Shown here one piece after another: positions 20,836 to 35,071 of a DNA stretch of 64,000 nucleotides. Both the position numbers and the translations under genes were made by a program. This DNA comes from an uncultured Verrucomicrobiae bacterium (GTDB taxonomy: Bacteria > Verrucomicrobiota > Verrucomicrobiia > Limisphaerales > Palsa-1400), in the NCBI GenBank assembly GCA_963707025.1, contig CAVPOM010000014.1, positions 261,424-325,423 of the forward strand. Direction: 5' to 3'. Every line of letters begins with the position of its first letter. The first letter of the stretch is position 1. The notes under the pieces were generated by a model. That model was not told the DNA's origin. It did not search any database and saw nothing but the letters and a program-made list of their open reading frames with translations.

Positions 20836-23636
20836 GTGAAGTTGAAATCGAGAGCCGCACGGAAATTGGCGGGCGGCAAAAGCGGGCCGATTATCTTTTC
20901 CGCACCGATGGTCATGACCGGTTTATTTGCGAAGCCAAGAAGCCTGCGGAGGAGTTGCACTCGGGCCAGGCTTTCCAAGCCAAACGCTATGCTTGGAACA
21001 AGAATCTGCCTCTGGCCATTCTGACCAATTTTGAGGAATTCAAAATTTACATCGTCGGCGGCAGGCCGTACATGGAGGAGCCGCTGGCCGGTCTTTGGAA
21101 AACATGGCGCTTTCGCGAACTCCCGCTGGTGGCGCAGGAGATTTGGAACCTGCTGGCCCGCGACAAAACCGCCGCCGGCAGCATTGACCAGTTGATTGAA
21201 ACACTGCCAAAGACCCCTGTGGGCAAAGGCAAGGCCCGCCAGCAATGGCTCCTCAAACCCGACCCTTCCCGCGCGATCGATGTGGAGTTTTTGAATTTTC
21301 TGGACCAAGCCAGGCGCGAACTTGGGTTCGACCTGATGCGCAATAACGACCGGGCGGACCTGCTCGAAGGCAACAAACTCAACGAAGCGGTCCAGCACAT
21401 CATGGACCGCATTCTCTTTCTCCGCATCTGCGAGGCCCGCGACATTGACACAGGAGTATTGCTGGAATCCATCGTCCAGACCTGGGAGAGGAATTACCAC
21501 AAGGAAGATGCTGTTCGCGCCCACCAAAAGCCTTTGGAACCGCACGAGGAACCGCCGGCTGGTTTCGGTTATGCCGGCCTGCGCGCTGCCAAGGATTCGC
21601 TCTGGCGCGCCATCGTGCGCCATTTCCGCGCGCTGGATCGCCGCCCGCCTTCCCACGTTCCCTTCTTCAACGGCAACCTTTTCAAGCCCCACTTTAGCGA
21701 GGAATTGGTGGTGGGTGACGGCTGGCTCGCCGGGTTCGTGGCGGATTTGAGCGACGAAGAATCGCCTTACCTTTTCAGCTACATCCCGGTCGAAATCCTC
21801 GGCACGATCTACGAGCGATTTCTTGGCAAGGTCGTCCGTCCGCAAGGACGCGGTGTGACCATCGAGGAAAAGCCCGAAGTCCGAAAGGCCGGCGGGGTTT
21901 ACTACACGCCGCGCTACATCGTCGAATACATCGTGGCGCAGACGGTTGAGAAGCTTCTGCAGCACGCCAAACCGGAAGCCACACTGAAACTTCACTTCCT
22001 GGATCCCGCCTGCGGTTCGGGCAGCTTTCTTCTGCGCGTTTTCGAGGTGGTGTGCGAACACTGGCAGCAATGGCTCACGTCCAAACCCGGCGACCGCAAA
22101 GGCAAATGGTGCTGGGTGGATGAACCAACCGGGGATGTCCACCTGACCATGGCGCTCAAGCGCCGGATTCTCGCCAGCAACGTCTTTGGGGTGGACCTGG
22201 ACCCCGGCGCGGTGGAAGTGACGCAACTCTCCCTTTACCTGAAGATGCTGGAGCACGAGAACCGCAACACCCTCCAGCGCCAGCGCGAGCTACTGCCGGA
22301 CGATGATGAGCCGCTTCTGCCGCCGCTGGAGAAGAACATCCAATGCGGCAACTCGCTCATTGCCTCCGATTTCTCGATGATACCCGACGACCTCGTGCGC
22401 GTGCGCGCCTTCGACTGGAAGGTGGGGTTCAAAGACATCATGAAAGAGGGCGGCTTTGATGCAATCGTTGCGAATCCGCCTTACGGAAGGCTGCTCGACC
22501 AACCGGGTGAAGATTATGCCTCGGTTCATTTTCCCTGCTGTCAAGGTCTTCCCGATGTTTATCTGGCATTCATTGAGAGGGGTCTTGGCCTCCTCAGAAT
22601 GAAGGGGCGAATGTCATTCATCGTGCCGTCGGCCTGGCTGGGCGGCCCAGCCTACCGTGCCTTGCGGGAGCGATTGCTGGAGGTTCAAGTTCAAGAGGTC
22701 ATCGCGTTGCCTTTCGATGTTTTTGCGGACGCCTACATTGACACCGCCACTTTTGTCTTGAGCAAACAAGCGGCTGATGCGAATGCAGCAGTCCGGTGCT
22801 TTGCCTTCGCCAAGAAAACAAAACTGGACTCCATTAAACTGACCGAGCGCCAATACAGTCTTGTCCCTCTGTCGGTGTGGAGAGATTCACCTGATCGGAA
22901 GTTCGTGCTGTCGGTTGGGCTGGCGAACTTGGTCTCGCGTTTATCCAGGGCATCCAAGACGCGCATTGCGGATTTTGTGGAAATGAAACGTGGAGTGTTG
23001 TTTGAGCGGAGCCTTCTGAAACCGACCAAATCGAACAAACAATCGCACCGCTACTTTGAAGGTGACGTTTATCGCTACGACCTGAATTGGGTTGCTCCGA
23101 GTTGGGTGGAATATGGCCCGAAGATGCGGGAATGGCCCAAGCAGTTCAGATGGTTTGAAGGCGAGCGTTTATTGATGAGGCGTCTGGTGAACCGCCAGCA
23201 GCGCCTGATGACTGCTTCGGCTGAGGAAACCTTCATTACGAACAAAAACCTTTACTCCCTGCTCCTTCGCACAGAGGCGGGGCTGAAGGATGCCGGACTT
23301 GGTTTTATGCTCGGGGTATTGAATAGTCGTCTCATCTCGCGACTTTATTTGAGTCAGGTACAACAGGCAACGAAAGACGATTTCCCGCAAGTCACCATTG
23401 CCGACGTTCTTGGTTTGCCGTGCCCTGGGCCGACAAGCAGTCTTCTGACGGAGATTTCGGAACTGGGCGGGAAGCTTTCGGCGTTGATGCCCAGGCTGCG
23501 GCAGGCGCGGAGCGATTCGGAGCGGCAGACGTTGCAGAACGCCGTCACCGCCGCCGACCAGCAAATAGACGCGCTGGTTTACAATCTCTACGGCCTGACC
23601 GAAAAGGAAATTCAACTCGTGGAAGGGAGCACATGA
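20836..23636 (+). pseudogene. 3' part of type IIG (Eco57I/TaqI-like) REase-N6-MTase-TRD gene
   Basis: ADY...EAKK nuclease, GVYYTP, FLDPACGSGSFL, NPPY, IDALVYNLYGLT tail. Confidence 0.92.
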
Positions 23637-23659
23637 GAACTTCCCGTCGGTTTCCCATA

Positions 23660-23892
23660 CGCGATTCGGTTTGTATCGGTGGCACATCCAGGACCCGGTC
23701 CGGTTTGAAAAGGATTTGAAAGTGACGATTCAGGCGCTGGGCTGGCAATCGGGGGGGCGATATTTGCCGTTGCAGAATGACATCGCCTCGGTGGCGTTTT
23801 GGTATCAAACCGAGCCGCACAAGAAGTTTCCCAAACTGCCTGAACGGGACGAACTGGAACTGCATTGCAGCAGGACAAATGAAAGGATTTGA
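23660..23892 (+). pseudogene. 3' fragment of a DUF2961/GH172-family glycoside hydrolase
   Basis: RFGLYRWHIQDPVRFEKDLKVTIQALGW...DIASVAFWYQTEPH is a C-terminal signature; no 5' part present. Confidence 0.75.
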
Positions 23893-23946
23893 CAGGGAGG
23901 GAAAGGTGGTGTTAAATGAAAGATAACTATTATTACCAAGTAGCTT

Positions 23947-25650
23947 ATGATTAACCCATCGGTTGAGCCGAAATTGAGTCGAAATGAGGGATTGAAAGAG
24001 GGATGCCCGACGCTGTGCGGCACGATCAGCCAAACGCTGGCGGATGGGGCGCTGGAGCGGTTTTCGGAGGATGATTATGAGTTTTTGAAGTTTCACGGGA
24101 TTTATCAGCAGGATGACCGGGACAAGCGCAAGACGGGCAAGGCATACATGTACATGGTGCGGGGCCGGTTGCCCGGCGGGGCGGTGCTGCCCAAGGTGTA
24201 TCTGGCGTTTGACCGGCTCTGCGGGGCCTACGGGAATAATACGCTGCGGATCACGACCCGGCAGGGATTTCAATTTCATGGTGTGACCAAAGGCAACCTG
24301 GGGCGGATGATGAGGGGCATCAACGAGGCGATGGGCACGACGCTGGCGGCGTGCGGCGACGTGAACCGGAATGTGATGGCGGCGCCGACGCCGGCGACCA
24401 GCCTGTTGGTGGATGAAGTGCAGCGGCAGGCGAAAACAGTTTCCGACGCGCTCCTGCCCAAGACGCGGGCTTATCACCAGATTTGGGTGGAGGGGGTGCA
24501 ATTGAAGCTGACGGAAGAGGACGCCAAGTTCGTGGACCCGCTTTATGGGAAAACGTATTTGCCGCGGAAATTCAAAGTGGCCTTCGCCATTCCCCCGCTC
24601 AATGACGTTGACGTGCTGACCAACGATTGCGGATTTGTTGCGATCATAGAAAATGGGCGGCTGGAGGGGTATAATCTGACGGCGGGCGGCGGCATGGGCA
24701 TGAGCCACGGGAACAGCGCGACCTATGCGCGGCTGGGCGATGTGATCGGATTTGTGGGGCCGGATCAGGTGATCGCGACGGCGCAGGCGGTGGTGACGAT
24801 GCATCGGGATTTTGGAGACCGGAGCAATCGCAAACATGCCCGGCTCAAATATGTGATTGCCGAGCGCGGGGTGGCCTGGTTTCGCGAGGAAATGCAGCGG
24901 CGGCTCGGGTTTAAATTCAGGCCGGCGCGTCCGTTTGAATTTACGCGCCAAGGCGATCTGTATGGATGGCAGGAGCAATTTGACGGGAGATATTTTCTGG
25001 GTCTGTTCGTGCAGAACGGGCGGATCAAGGACGAGGGGTCGTGGCGGATGAAAAGCGGGCTGCGGCGGGTGGTGGAGGAGTTCGAGCCGGAATTGCGGCT
25101 GACGCCGTGGCAGAACATATTGCTGGTCAACATCGAAGGGCAAAACCGCGCGGCCATCACCAAGATTCTGGCCGAGCACGGGGTGGCGGTGGAAAAGCAG
25201 GGAACGGTCATTACGCGGGCTTCAATTGCCTGCCCGGCGCTGCCGACCTGCGGGCTGGCGCTGGCGGAATCCGAACGGGCCATGCCCGAGGTGCTGCAGC
25301 GGATCGAACAATTGCTGGCGGAGACGGGGTTGAGGGAGGAGGAAATCATCATCCGCATGACCGGCTGCCCGAATGGTTGCGCGCGGCCGTTGATGGCGGA
25401 ACTGGCTTTCGTGGGCCGGGCGCCGGGAAAATACCAGGTTTACCTGGGTGGCAACGCGGCCAGCACGCGGCTGGGCCGGCTTTACAAGGAGAGCGTGAAA
25501 AACGAGGACATCGTCAACGAGTTGCGCCCCCTGTTCGAGCGTTTCGCCCAAGAACGGCTGGCCGGGGAACGGTTTGGAGATTTCTCCGAACGTGTGCTGC
25601 TCAAAGAGGCCGCCGCGGCACGGGAGCCTGGAGCGGCGGTAAAAGGGTGA
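23947..25650 (+). CDS. cysI: sulfite reductase, siroheme/4Fe-4S subunit
   Basis: LKFHGIYQQDDRD, ACGDVNRNV, LPRKFK, CPALPTC, TGCPNGC. Confidence 0.93.
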   Translation: MINPSVEPKLSRNEGLKEGCPTLCGTISQTLADGALERFSEDDYEFLKFHGIYQQDDRDKRKTGKAYMYMVRGRLPGGAVLPKVYLAFDRLCGAYGNNTLRITTRQGFQFHGVTKGNLGRMMRGINEAMGTTLAACGDVNRNVMAAPTPATSLLVDEVQRQAKTVSDALLPKTRAYHQIWVEGVQLKLTEEDAKFVDPLYGKTYLPRKFKVAFAIPPLNDVDVLTNDCGFVAIIENGRLEGYNLTAGGGMGMSHGNSATYARLGDVIGFVGPDQVIATAQAVVTMHRDFGDRSNRKHARLKYVIAERGVAWFREEMQRRLGFKFRPARPFEFTRQGDLYGWQEQFDGRYFLGLFVQNGRIKDEGSWRMKSGLRRVVEEFEPELRLTPWQNILLVNIEGQNRAAITKILAEHGVAVEKQGTVITRASIACPALPTCGLALAESERAMPEVLQRIEQLLAETGLREEEIIIRMTGCPNGCARPLMAELAFVGRAPGKYQVYLGGNAASTRLGRLYKESVKNEDIVNELRPLFERFAQERLAGERFGDFSERVLLKEAAAAREPGAAVKG

Positions 25651-25652
25651 GC

Positions 25653-26492
25653 ATGACTTCCTTGCCGCATTCCCAGGACAGCCAGCTTGCCCCACCGTTG
25701 CCGGCGCGGGCCGCTGCGCCCGGGGACGGGCGCACTCCTGGGGAGAGCAGGCTGGCGCCGCCGTTGCCGGCGCGGGAGTTGGCCGAATTAAACCGGCAGT
25801 TTGCCGGGCGCCCTTCCCTGGATGTCCTGGCCTGGGCGTGGGCCCGATTCGGCAAGAGGGCGGCCATTGGGACCAGTTTCCAGGGAGCCGGGTTGGTGAT
25901 GATGCATCTGGCCAAAGCCGCCGGGCTGAATTTTCCCGTATTTACCCTGGACACCGGCCTGCTCTTTGCCGAAACCCTGGCCTTGAAGGAGCGGCTGGAG
26001 GATTTTTACGGATTGAAAATCGAAGCCATCGAGCCGGACCTGACGGTGGAGCAGCAGGCGGATGTTCATGGGGCGGAACTGTGGAAGCGGGATCCGGACC
26101 TTTGCTGCACGGCGCGCAAAGTTCTGCCCTTGCGGGGCAAATTGGAGGAGCTGGCCTGCTGGCTGACGGGGCTGCGGCGGCAACAATCGCAGGCGCGGGC
26201 GGAGGTGCAATTTGTGGAACTGTATCATTTGGATGAAGAAACCGGCCGGGAAATCGTCAAGCTAAATCCCATGGCCCAGTGGTCGCGGGATCAGATCTGG
26301 GCACATATTCAGAAGTACAAAATCCCTTACAACCCGCTGCACGATCAAGGCTACCGCTCGATCGGCTGCATGCCCTGCACGCGCAAGATCACCGAGGGCC
26401 AGGATGAGCGGTCCGGGCGCTGGACCGGCTTCAAGAAGGTCGAGTGCGGCATCCACACCTTCCTGCCCAAAAAAGTTGACTTTCAAATCTGA
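25653..26492 (+). CDS. cysH: APS/PAPS reductase
   Basis: LDTG, CCxxRKV, YRSIGCMPCT, ERSGRW, ECGIH. Confidence 0.93.
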   Translation: MTSLPHSQDSQLAPPLPARAAAPGDGRTPGESRLAPPLPARELAELNRQFAGRPSLDVLAWAWARFGKRAAIGTSFQGAGLVMMHLAKAAGLNFPVFTLDTGLLFAETLALKERLEDFYGLKIEAIEPDLTVEQQADVHGAELWKRDPDLCCTARKVLPLRGKLEELACWLTGLRRQQSQARAEVQFVELYHLDEETGREIVKLNPMAQWSRDQIWAHIQKYKIPYNPLHDQGYRSIGCMPCTRKITEGQDERSGRWTGFKKVECGIHTFLPKKVDFQI

Positions 26493-26544
26493 GGGCGGAT
26501 TCTTCCCGCAACAATGAGCGTCCGGTCCTTCCCCAAAAAGCGAT

Positions 26545-27357
26545 ATGGATTACCTGTCAAAGCTGGAAAATCAAAGCATCTACATCCTGCGCGAGGCTTT
26601 CAACAAGTTTGAAAACCTGGCCATGCTCTGGAGCATCGGCAAGGATTCCACCGTCATGCTCTGGCTGGCGCGCAAGGCCTTTTTCGGGCATGTCCCCTTC
26701 CCGCTGGTCCATGTGGACACGAGCTACAAGATACCGAGCATGATCGAGTATCGCGACCGGCTGGTGCGCGAATGGAAGCTGCAACTGGTGGTGGGCAAAA
26801 ACGAGGCCGTGCTGAAAAGCGGGTTGACCTATCCCAACGGGCGCGCCACCCGGGTGGAATGCTGCGGCACCCTGAAAAAAGACGGCCTGCGGGCGGTGCT
26901 GGACAAGCATCATTATACCGGGGTCATCGTCGGGGTGCGGCGGGACGAGGAACCGACGCGGGCCAAGGAGCGCTACTTCAGCCCGCGGGACAAGAACATG
27001 GAATGGAACGTGGAAGACCAGCCGCCGGAGTTGTGGGACCAGTTCAAGACTGATTACGAGAAGGGAACGCACATCCGCATCCATCCCCTGCTCCACTGGA
27101 CGGAGTTGAACGTGTGGGAATACATCGAGCGGGAGAAGGTGCCGGTCATCCCGCTTTATTTCGCCAACGAGAAGGGCGAGCGCTACCGGAGTCTGGGTTG
27201 CGCGCCCTGCACCTTTCCCATCAAATCCAACGCGCGCACGGTGCATGAAATCGTGGAGGAATTGCGTCAGACCCGGACGGCGGAGCGCTCGGGCCGCGCC
27301 CAGGACAAGGAGAGCGAGGACGCCTTCGAGAAACTGCGGCGGGACGGGTATATGTGA
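26545..27357 (+). CDS. cysD: sulfate adenylyltransferase subunit 2
   Basis: [31 protein letters not shown]-terminus. Confidence 0.95.
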   Translation: MDYLSKLENQSIYILREAFNKFENLAMLWSIGKDSTVMLWLARKAFFGHVPFPLVHVDTSYKIPSMIEYRDRLVREWKLQLVVGKNEAVLKSGLTYPNGRATRVECCGTLKKDGLRAVLDKHHYTGVIVGVRRDEEPTRAKERYFSPRDKNMEWNVEDQPPELWDQFKTDYEKGTHIRIHPLLHWTELNVWEYIEREKVPVIPLYFANEKGERYRSLGCAPCTFPIKSNARTVHEIVEELRQTRTAERSGRAQDKESEDAFEKLRRDGYM

Positions 27358-27594
27358 GAACCGCCATGAGCGCTTTTGAATTCAACCTGGAGCGAGGCGG
27401 CCTGCCGCTGCTTTTGCGGCGCAAACCATTTTCGAGACAGAGCAATTTCATGGAAACTACAGCGGCACGGAAGCCGGCCAAACGGCCACCTCTCCCCTGC
27501 CCTCTTCTCTTGAGGAGAAGAAGGCGCCACATTTTTGTTACATCATTTTTTAATCCGCTCTAAAAGCGGGAGCAAGCTCCCGCACTCCAAAACC

Positions 27595-29487
27595 ATGCAG
27601 CACCAAACCGTAGCGCCCGCCGAACAGTTGAAAATTGTCATTGTCGGGCATGTGGACCATGGGAAGTCCACTTTTGTGGGGCGGCTGTTTCATGACACCG
27701 GCTCGCTGCCGGAGGGGAAACTGGAGCAGTTGCAGGCCGCCGCCGACCGGCGGGGCGCGCCCTTCGAGTGGGCCAATCTGATGGACGCGCTGCAGGCGGA
27801 ACGGGACCAGAATATAACGATTGACACGGCGCAAATCTGGTTTCGCACCAAGAAGCGGCAGTATGTCATTATTGACGCGCCAGGGCACAAGGAGTTTCTC
27901 AAGAACATGGTGACCGGCGCGGCCAGCGCGGAGGCGGCGCTGCTGTTGATTGACGCCAACGAGGGGGTGCAGGAGCAATCGCGCCGCCACGGCTATCTGC
28001 TGAATCTGCTGGGCATCCGCCAGATGGTGGTGCTGGTCAACAAGATGGACCTGCAAAACTACAGCCAGGGGCGCTTTGAGCGGATTGAGGCCGAATACCG
28101 CGCCTTTCTCAAAACGGTGGGGGTGGAACCCCGCTGCTTCATTCCCATTTCGGCCAAACATGGCGACAACATCGCCACGCGCAGCGCCCGGATGACGTGG
28201 TGGAAGGGGGCGACGGTGCTGGAAACGCTGGATGAATTTCAAGTGGCGGAGCCGGCCACCGATCAACCGCTGCGGCTGCCCATCCAGGACGTTTACCGTT
28301 TCGACGACCGGCGGATTCTGGCGGGCCGGATCGAGTCGGGCACGCTCAAGACGGGGGACCGGCTGGTGTTTGCGCCAAGCGGCAAGGTCAGCACTGTCAA
28401 GACGATTGAGCGGTGGAACGCGCCGGCGGCGGAGCAGGCGGAGGCGGGGGAATCCATCGGCATCACGTTGAGCGAGCAGATTTTTGTGGAGCGCGGGTCG
28501 GTGGCGGCGCTGGAGACGGCGCCGCCCTACGAGTTGAGCCGGTTCAAGGCGCGCGTGTTTTGGCTGGGCCGGGAGCCTTTCCGCAAAGGGCAGAACTACA
28601 AGCTCAAACTGGCCACGCAGGAAGTGGACTGCGAAATTGACGCCATCGAGCGGCTGATAGATTCGTCCACCCTGGAAACCATCGCGCGCGCGGAAGCGTT
28701 TGTGGGGCGCAACGAAGTCGCTGAATTGTATCTGCGCACCAAGCGTCCGGTGGCCTTCGATGTCCATTCGGAAATCATTCCGACGGGACGATTTGTGATC
28801 GTGGATGGATATGAGGTGGCGGGGGGCGGGATCGTGGCGGCGGACAACTATCCGCGGCGCACGGCAGACAGCCTGCAAAAGAGCCACAATATTTACTGGA
28901 GCCTGGGCAAAGTGACTTCCGACCAGCGGGCCTTGCGCAACGGGCATCGCGGCCGGGTGATCTGGCTGACGGGCTTGTCGGCTTCGGGAAAAACCACCAT
29001 CGCGACCGACCTGGAGAGGGAGCTGTTCAATCTGGGCCGGCATGTCTATGTGCTGGATGGGGACAACATGCGCCATGGGCTGTGTTCGGATCTGGGCTTT
29101 TCGCCCAAAGACCGCAAGGAGAACATCCGGCGGGTCGGGGAGACGGCCAAGCTGTTTGCCGAAGCGGGGAACATCTGCATCACGGCGTTCATTTCGCCGT
29201 ATCGGTCCGACCGGGCCATGGTGCGGCAGATCATGGAGCCGGGAACGTTTGTGGAAGTGTATGTCAACGCGCCCCTGGCAGTCTGCGAGGCGCGGGATCC
29301 GAAGGGCCTGTACGCCCGGGCACGGTCGCATCAAATCAAGGATTTCACCGGCATTTCGGCGCCTTACGAAGCGCCGGAGGGCGCGGAGCTGGAGTTGGCG
29401 ACGGATCAATTGACGGTGGCGGAGTCGGTGGCCCGGATCATCGAGTATCTCCAGGCGCAGGACAGCGAGACGGGAATCAGCATTTAA
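27595..29487 (+). CDS. cysNC: sulfate adenylyltransferase subunit 1 / APS kinase fusion
   Basis: [18 protein letters not shown]; then [30 protein letters not shown]. Confidence 0.95.
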   Translation: MQHQTVAPAEQLKIVIVGHVDHGKSTFVGRLFHDTGSLPEGKLEQLQAAADRRGAPFEWANLMDALQAERDQNITIDTAQIWFRTKKRQYVIIDAPGHKEFLKNMVTGAASAEAALLLIDANEGVQEQSRRHGYLLNLLGIRQMVVLVNKMDLQNYSQGRFERIEAEYRAFLKTVGVEPRCFIPISAKHGDNIATRSARMTWWKGATVLETLDEFQVAEPATDQPLRLPIQDVYRFDDRRILAGRIESGTLKTGDRLVFAPSGKVSTVKTIERWNAPAAEQAEAGESIGITLSEQIFVERGSVAALETAPPYELSRFKARVFWLGREPFRKGQNYKLKLATQEVDCEIDAIERLIDSSTLETIARAEAFVGRNEVAELYLRTKRPVAFDVHSEIIPTGRFVIVDGYEVAGGGIVAADNYPRRTADSLQKSHNIYWSLGKVTSDQRALRNGHRGRVIWLTGLSASGKTTIATDLERELFNLGRHVYVLDGDNMRHGLCSDLGFSPKDRKENIRRVGETAKLFAEAGNICITAFISPYRSDRAMVRQIMEPGTFVEVYVNAPLAVCEARDPKGLYARARSHQIKDFTGISAPYEAPEGAELELATDQLTVAESVARIIEYLQAQDSETGISI

Positions 29488-29539
29488 GCATCCGTGAACC
29501 AAGCTTGACGAGCCGGGCCATTTCCGGTCATTTAGGTTT

Positions 29540-30031
29540 ATGTATAAAATCATCGGAGCGGACGGAAATGAGTATGGACCGATCCCGGCCGAGCAGGTGC
29601 GCCAGTGGGTGGCGGAAGGGCGGCTCAACGGCCTGAGCAAGATTCAAGTGGATGGCTCCGGGGAATGGAAGGAGTTGCGGGAGATGGCTGAGTTTGCCAC
29701 GCTGGTGCCGCCGCCTCCGCCGCCCATCACGCTGGGCGCGGCGCCAAGGCCCGGTTACGCCGGCACTCTGCCGCCCGCCAACCCTCTGGCCGGCTGGGCA
29801 TTGGGGACGGGAATTGCGTCCCTGCCCTGTTGCTTTATGCTGATTTTAGGGCCCGTGAGCATCGTGCTTGGGGCGGTGGCACTTTCCCAAATCAACCAGA
29901 ATCCCAAGCAAGGCGGCAGGGGATTGGCCACGGCTGGGATCGTATTGGGCTGCATTTCCCTGGTCATGGGGATCATTTGCTGGGTGATTGTTTTGCTCGT
30001 CCCCGGGGATGGCAGCCCCTTTCACTTTTAG
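29540..30031 (+). CDS. GYF-like + DUF4190-like membrane protein
   Basis: MYKIIGADGNEYGP...W..EGR; LGAVALSQI...GRGLATAGIVLG. Confidence 0.8.
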   Translation: MYKIIGADGNEYGPIPAEQVRQWVAEGRLNGLSKIQVDGSGEWKELREMAEFATLVPPPPPPITLGAAPRPGYAGTLPPANPLAGWALGTGIASLPCCFMLILGPVSIVLGAVALSQINQNPKQGGRGLATAGIVLGCISLVMGIICWVIVLLVPGDGSPFHF

Positions 30032-30035
30032 GTTT

Positions 30036-30443
30036 GTGCCGGAATCATTGCCAATTCCGGGCTGGCGCAAGTGGCTGCTGGGAGGATTGATCGCGGCCAC
30101 CGCGGCTGGAACGGCGCTGTTGTTTTTTTTCGATCCGGCCCGGTGCCCGATTTACCCCGTTTGTCCCTGGCACACGCTCTTCGGCTGGTCGTGTCCGGGA
30201 TGCGGCACACTGCGGGCCGTGCATCAATTGACCCATGGAAATTTGGCCGCGGCGTGGCGGTTGAATCCATTGGCGGTGGCTCTGGCGCCGGTGGCGTTTT
30301 GGCTTGGTTTGCGGGAACTGGCCTGGCAAGTCAGCGGGAAAAAATGGCCCGGGCTGGTGACGCGGCCAATTTTTGGATGGGCGCTGGCGGCGATCCTGGT
30401 TTTATTTGGCATCGCGCGCAATCTGCCGGGGTTTCACATATAG
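30036..30443 (+). CDS. DUF2752-like membrane protein
   Basis: CPWHTLFGWSCPGCGTLRA...AAWRLNPL. Confidence 0.8.
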   Translation: MPESLPIPGWRKWLLGGLIAATAAGTALLFFFDPARCPIYPVCPWHTLFGWSCPGCGTLRAVHQLTHGNLAAAWRLNPLAVALAPVAFWLGLRELAWQVSGKKWPGLVTRPIFGWALAAILVLFGIARNLPGFHI

Positions 30444-30599
30444 TGCGACACAGAAATTCTGGAGCATGTGTCCGGCGGGACGCCGGACACGGCGGGCGAA
30501 GACGCCCGCGCTCCCCAACAAATTGCCAGAGGCGCCACGACATTTGATTGTTGCGATACCCGGCGGCTCGCTGGCATGGGGCAATGATGGTTTGCGTGC

Positions 30600-30995
30600 A
30601 TGAAATTACATTTGACACTGGCAAAACCCCGCCCGCTCAGCCGGGCGGAAGCGTGGGGTTGTGTGACGGCGAATCTGGCCGTGCCCGGCTCCGGCTCGCT
30701 GGCGGCGGGACGGGCGGTCGGTTATGTCCAAATGGCCGTGTATTTCGTTGGGTTCATCCTGACCATCGTTTGCGGGGCCGGTTTTTTTCATTGGTATTTT
30801 GCCAATGCCAGGCAAATCAATCAATTGAAGGAGACTGATGCGCGCGGGGCTTTGCTTTCCATCTGGCACGCCTCGCGCTGGGCGCTTTGCGGGATCGCTA
30901 TTTTTATCTTTGCCTTGAGCTGGTCGGTCATCACCAGTTTTCAAATCGTGCAGGCCCAGCGAAAGGATGCCGTCCCGCCGCGAATTGCAGAGTGA
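30600..30995 (+). CDS. hypothetical membrane protein
   Basis: NLAVPGSGSL..GR..GY motif and TM segments. Confidence 0.7.
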   Translation: MKLHLTLAKPRPLSRAEAWGCVTANLAVPGSGSLAAGRAVGYVQMAVYFVGFILTIVCGAGFFHWYFANARQINQLKETDARGALLSIWHASRWALCGIAIFIFALSWSVITSFQIVQAQRKDAVPPRIAE

Positions 30996-31027
30996 TTTTT
31001 GCAATGGGAAACCTCTGCAAAACGCCT

Positions 31028-31100
31028 GTAGCGGCGGTCTATGACCGCCGCCATACTGTTGTTTCCCCTGGACTGCGGCGGTCGCAGACCGCCGCTACAA
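31028..31100. repeat. REP-like inverted pair (TGTAGCGGCGGTCTATGACCGCCG)
   Basis: inverted copy CGGCGGTCGCAGACCGCCGCTACA; another copy at ~9750. Confidence 0.75.
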
Positions 31101-31292
31101 TCGTGGGAGCGCGTTTTGCAGAGGTCTCATCAGAGGGGTTGCCGGGAGGCCAAAAGCGGGTCAGGCGGAGGATACCGGCCAGGCCGGCGTCGGAAACGGC
31201 TCGAATTGCCCGAGCCAGAAGTGGCGGACTTGGCAAGCAGATTGGCGCGTTTTTGCCAGTGACAGATTTTTGAGCGGAGTTATGTTAAAGCC

Positions 31293-33814
<2,522 letters not shown>

Positions 33815-33906
33815 GCGCCAGCCACCAGTGAGGCCTGCTCTATCAACATTGTGCCGTGGCACATATCCTCTTTCACCAGGCGGGGTTTTGCTGTTTAATG
33901 GCGGGG

Positions 33907-35013
33907 ATGCGGATTGGTTCGCTCCAGTTGAAGTCTAATTTGTTCCTGTCGCCCCTGGCCGGTTACACCAACCTGCCCTTCCGCCTGACGCTGCGCGAAT
34001 TGGGCGGTCTGGACCTCGCCACCACCGATTTGGTCAACGCCCGCTCGCTCCTGGAAAAAAAACCCAAGGCGCTCAAATTGATCGAGACTTGTCCGGCGGA
34101 TCGTCCGCTGGCCGTGCAATTGTTTGGAGCCGTCGCCGAAGAGATGCGCGACGCGGCGGTGTATCTGGAATCCATCGGCGTCGCCGCGGTTGACATCAAC
34201 ATGGGGTGCCCGGTGCGAAAAGTGTGCCGGATCGGCGGAGGATCGGCCATGATGACGGAACTGGAGAAGACGGCGCAACTGGTGCGCGGCATGGTGGAGG
34301 CGGTCAAGATTCCAATCACGGCCAAGATGCGGCTGGGGTGGGACGACGAGAATTTGACCGCGCCGGAGCTGGCGCGGGTGCTGGAAGAGGCGGGCATCGC
34401 GGCCATTTTTGTGCATGGCCGGACGCGGGCGCAGGGTTTCGGCGGGGCGGTCAACCTGGCGGGCATCGGCGCGGTGGCGCAGGCGGTCCAACAGATTCCG
34501 GTGATCGGCAACGGGGACGTGACCACCCCGTCGGCCGCCAAAATGATGCTGGAGCGAACCGGTTGCGCCGGGGTGAGCATCGGGCGCGGGGCGTTTTACG
34601 ATCCCTGGATTTTCCTGCATACGAGTCATTTTTTGGCGACGGGAGAGTTGCCGCCCGAGCCGGGATTCGAGGAGCGGGTGAAGGTAATGCGCCGGCATCT
34701 GGAATTGATGGTGGAGGTATTTGGGGAAGAGCAGGGCTGCCGCATGTTTCGCAAAGTCGGGCCGTGGTACGCCCGGCGCTTCGGCCCGGCCCGGGAGTTC
34801 AACCAGCGGATTGTCACTCTGTCAAAGAAATCGGAATTCGAGGAGATCCTGGCGCGCTACGGGCAGTGGCGCGCGCAATTCCTGGACGAAAACGGGCGGC
34901 TCAAACCCAACTATCGGCCCGGGCCCATGGTGGCCTCCTTCATGGAGGAAAGTCCGCCGGCGGCGCCAGAGCGGCCCATCCCCGTGCCCAAAGGTCCCGT
35001 GGAAGTGTGGTAG
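33907..35013 (+). CDS. dusB: tRNA-dihydrouridine synthase
   Basis: SPLAGYT, DINMGCP, VHGRTR, GNGDV. Confidence 0.9.
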   Translation: MRIGSLQLKSNLFLSPLAGYTNLPFRLTLRELGGLDLATTDLVNARSLLEKKPKALKLIETCPADRPLAVQLFGAVAEEMRDAAVYLESIGVAAVDINMGCPVRKVCRIGGGSAMMTELEKTAQLVRGMVEAVKIPITAKMRLGWDDENLTAPELARVLEEAGIAAIFVHGRTRAQGFGGAVNLAGIGAVAQAVQQIPVIGNGDVTTPSAAKMMLERTGCAGVSIGRGAFYDPWIFLHTSHFLATGELPPEPGFEERVKVMRRHLELMVEVFGEEQGCRMFRKVGPWYARRFGPAREFNQRIVTLSKKSEFEEILARYGQWRAQFLDENGRLKPNYRPGPMVASFMEESPPAAPERPIPVPKGPVEVW

Positions 35014-35071
35014 CGGCAGGAATGGTGAATTTTGAATTTTGAATAGTGAAATTCTCAATTCACTATTCTAC

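Noticed and set aside
35018..35070. heptamer-like AT-rich runs (also ~6091-6118, ~10037-10062)
   Set aside because: Short low-complexity intergenic repeats with no evidence of a specific function
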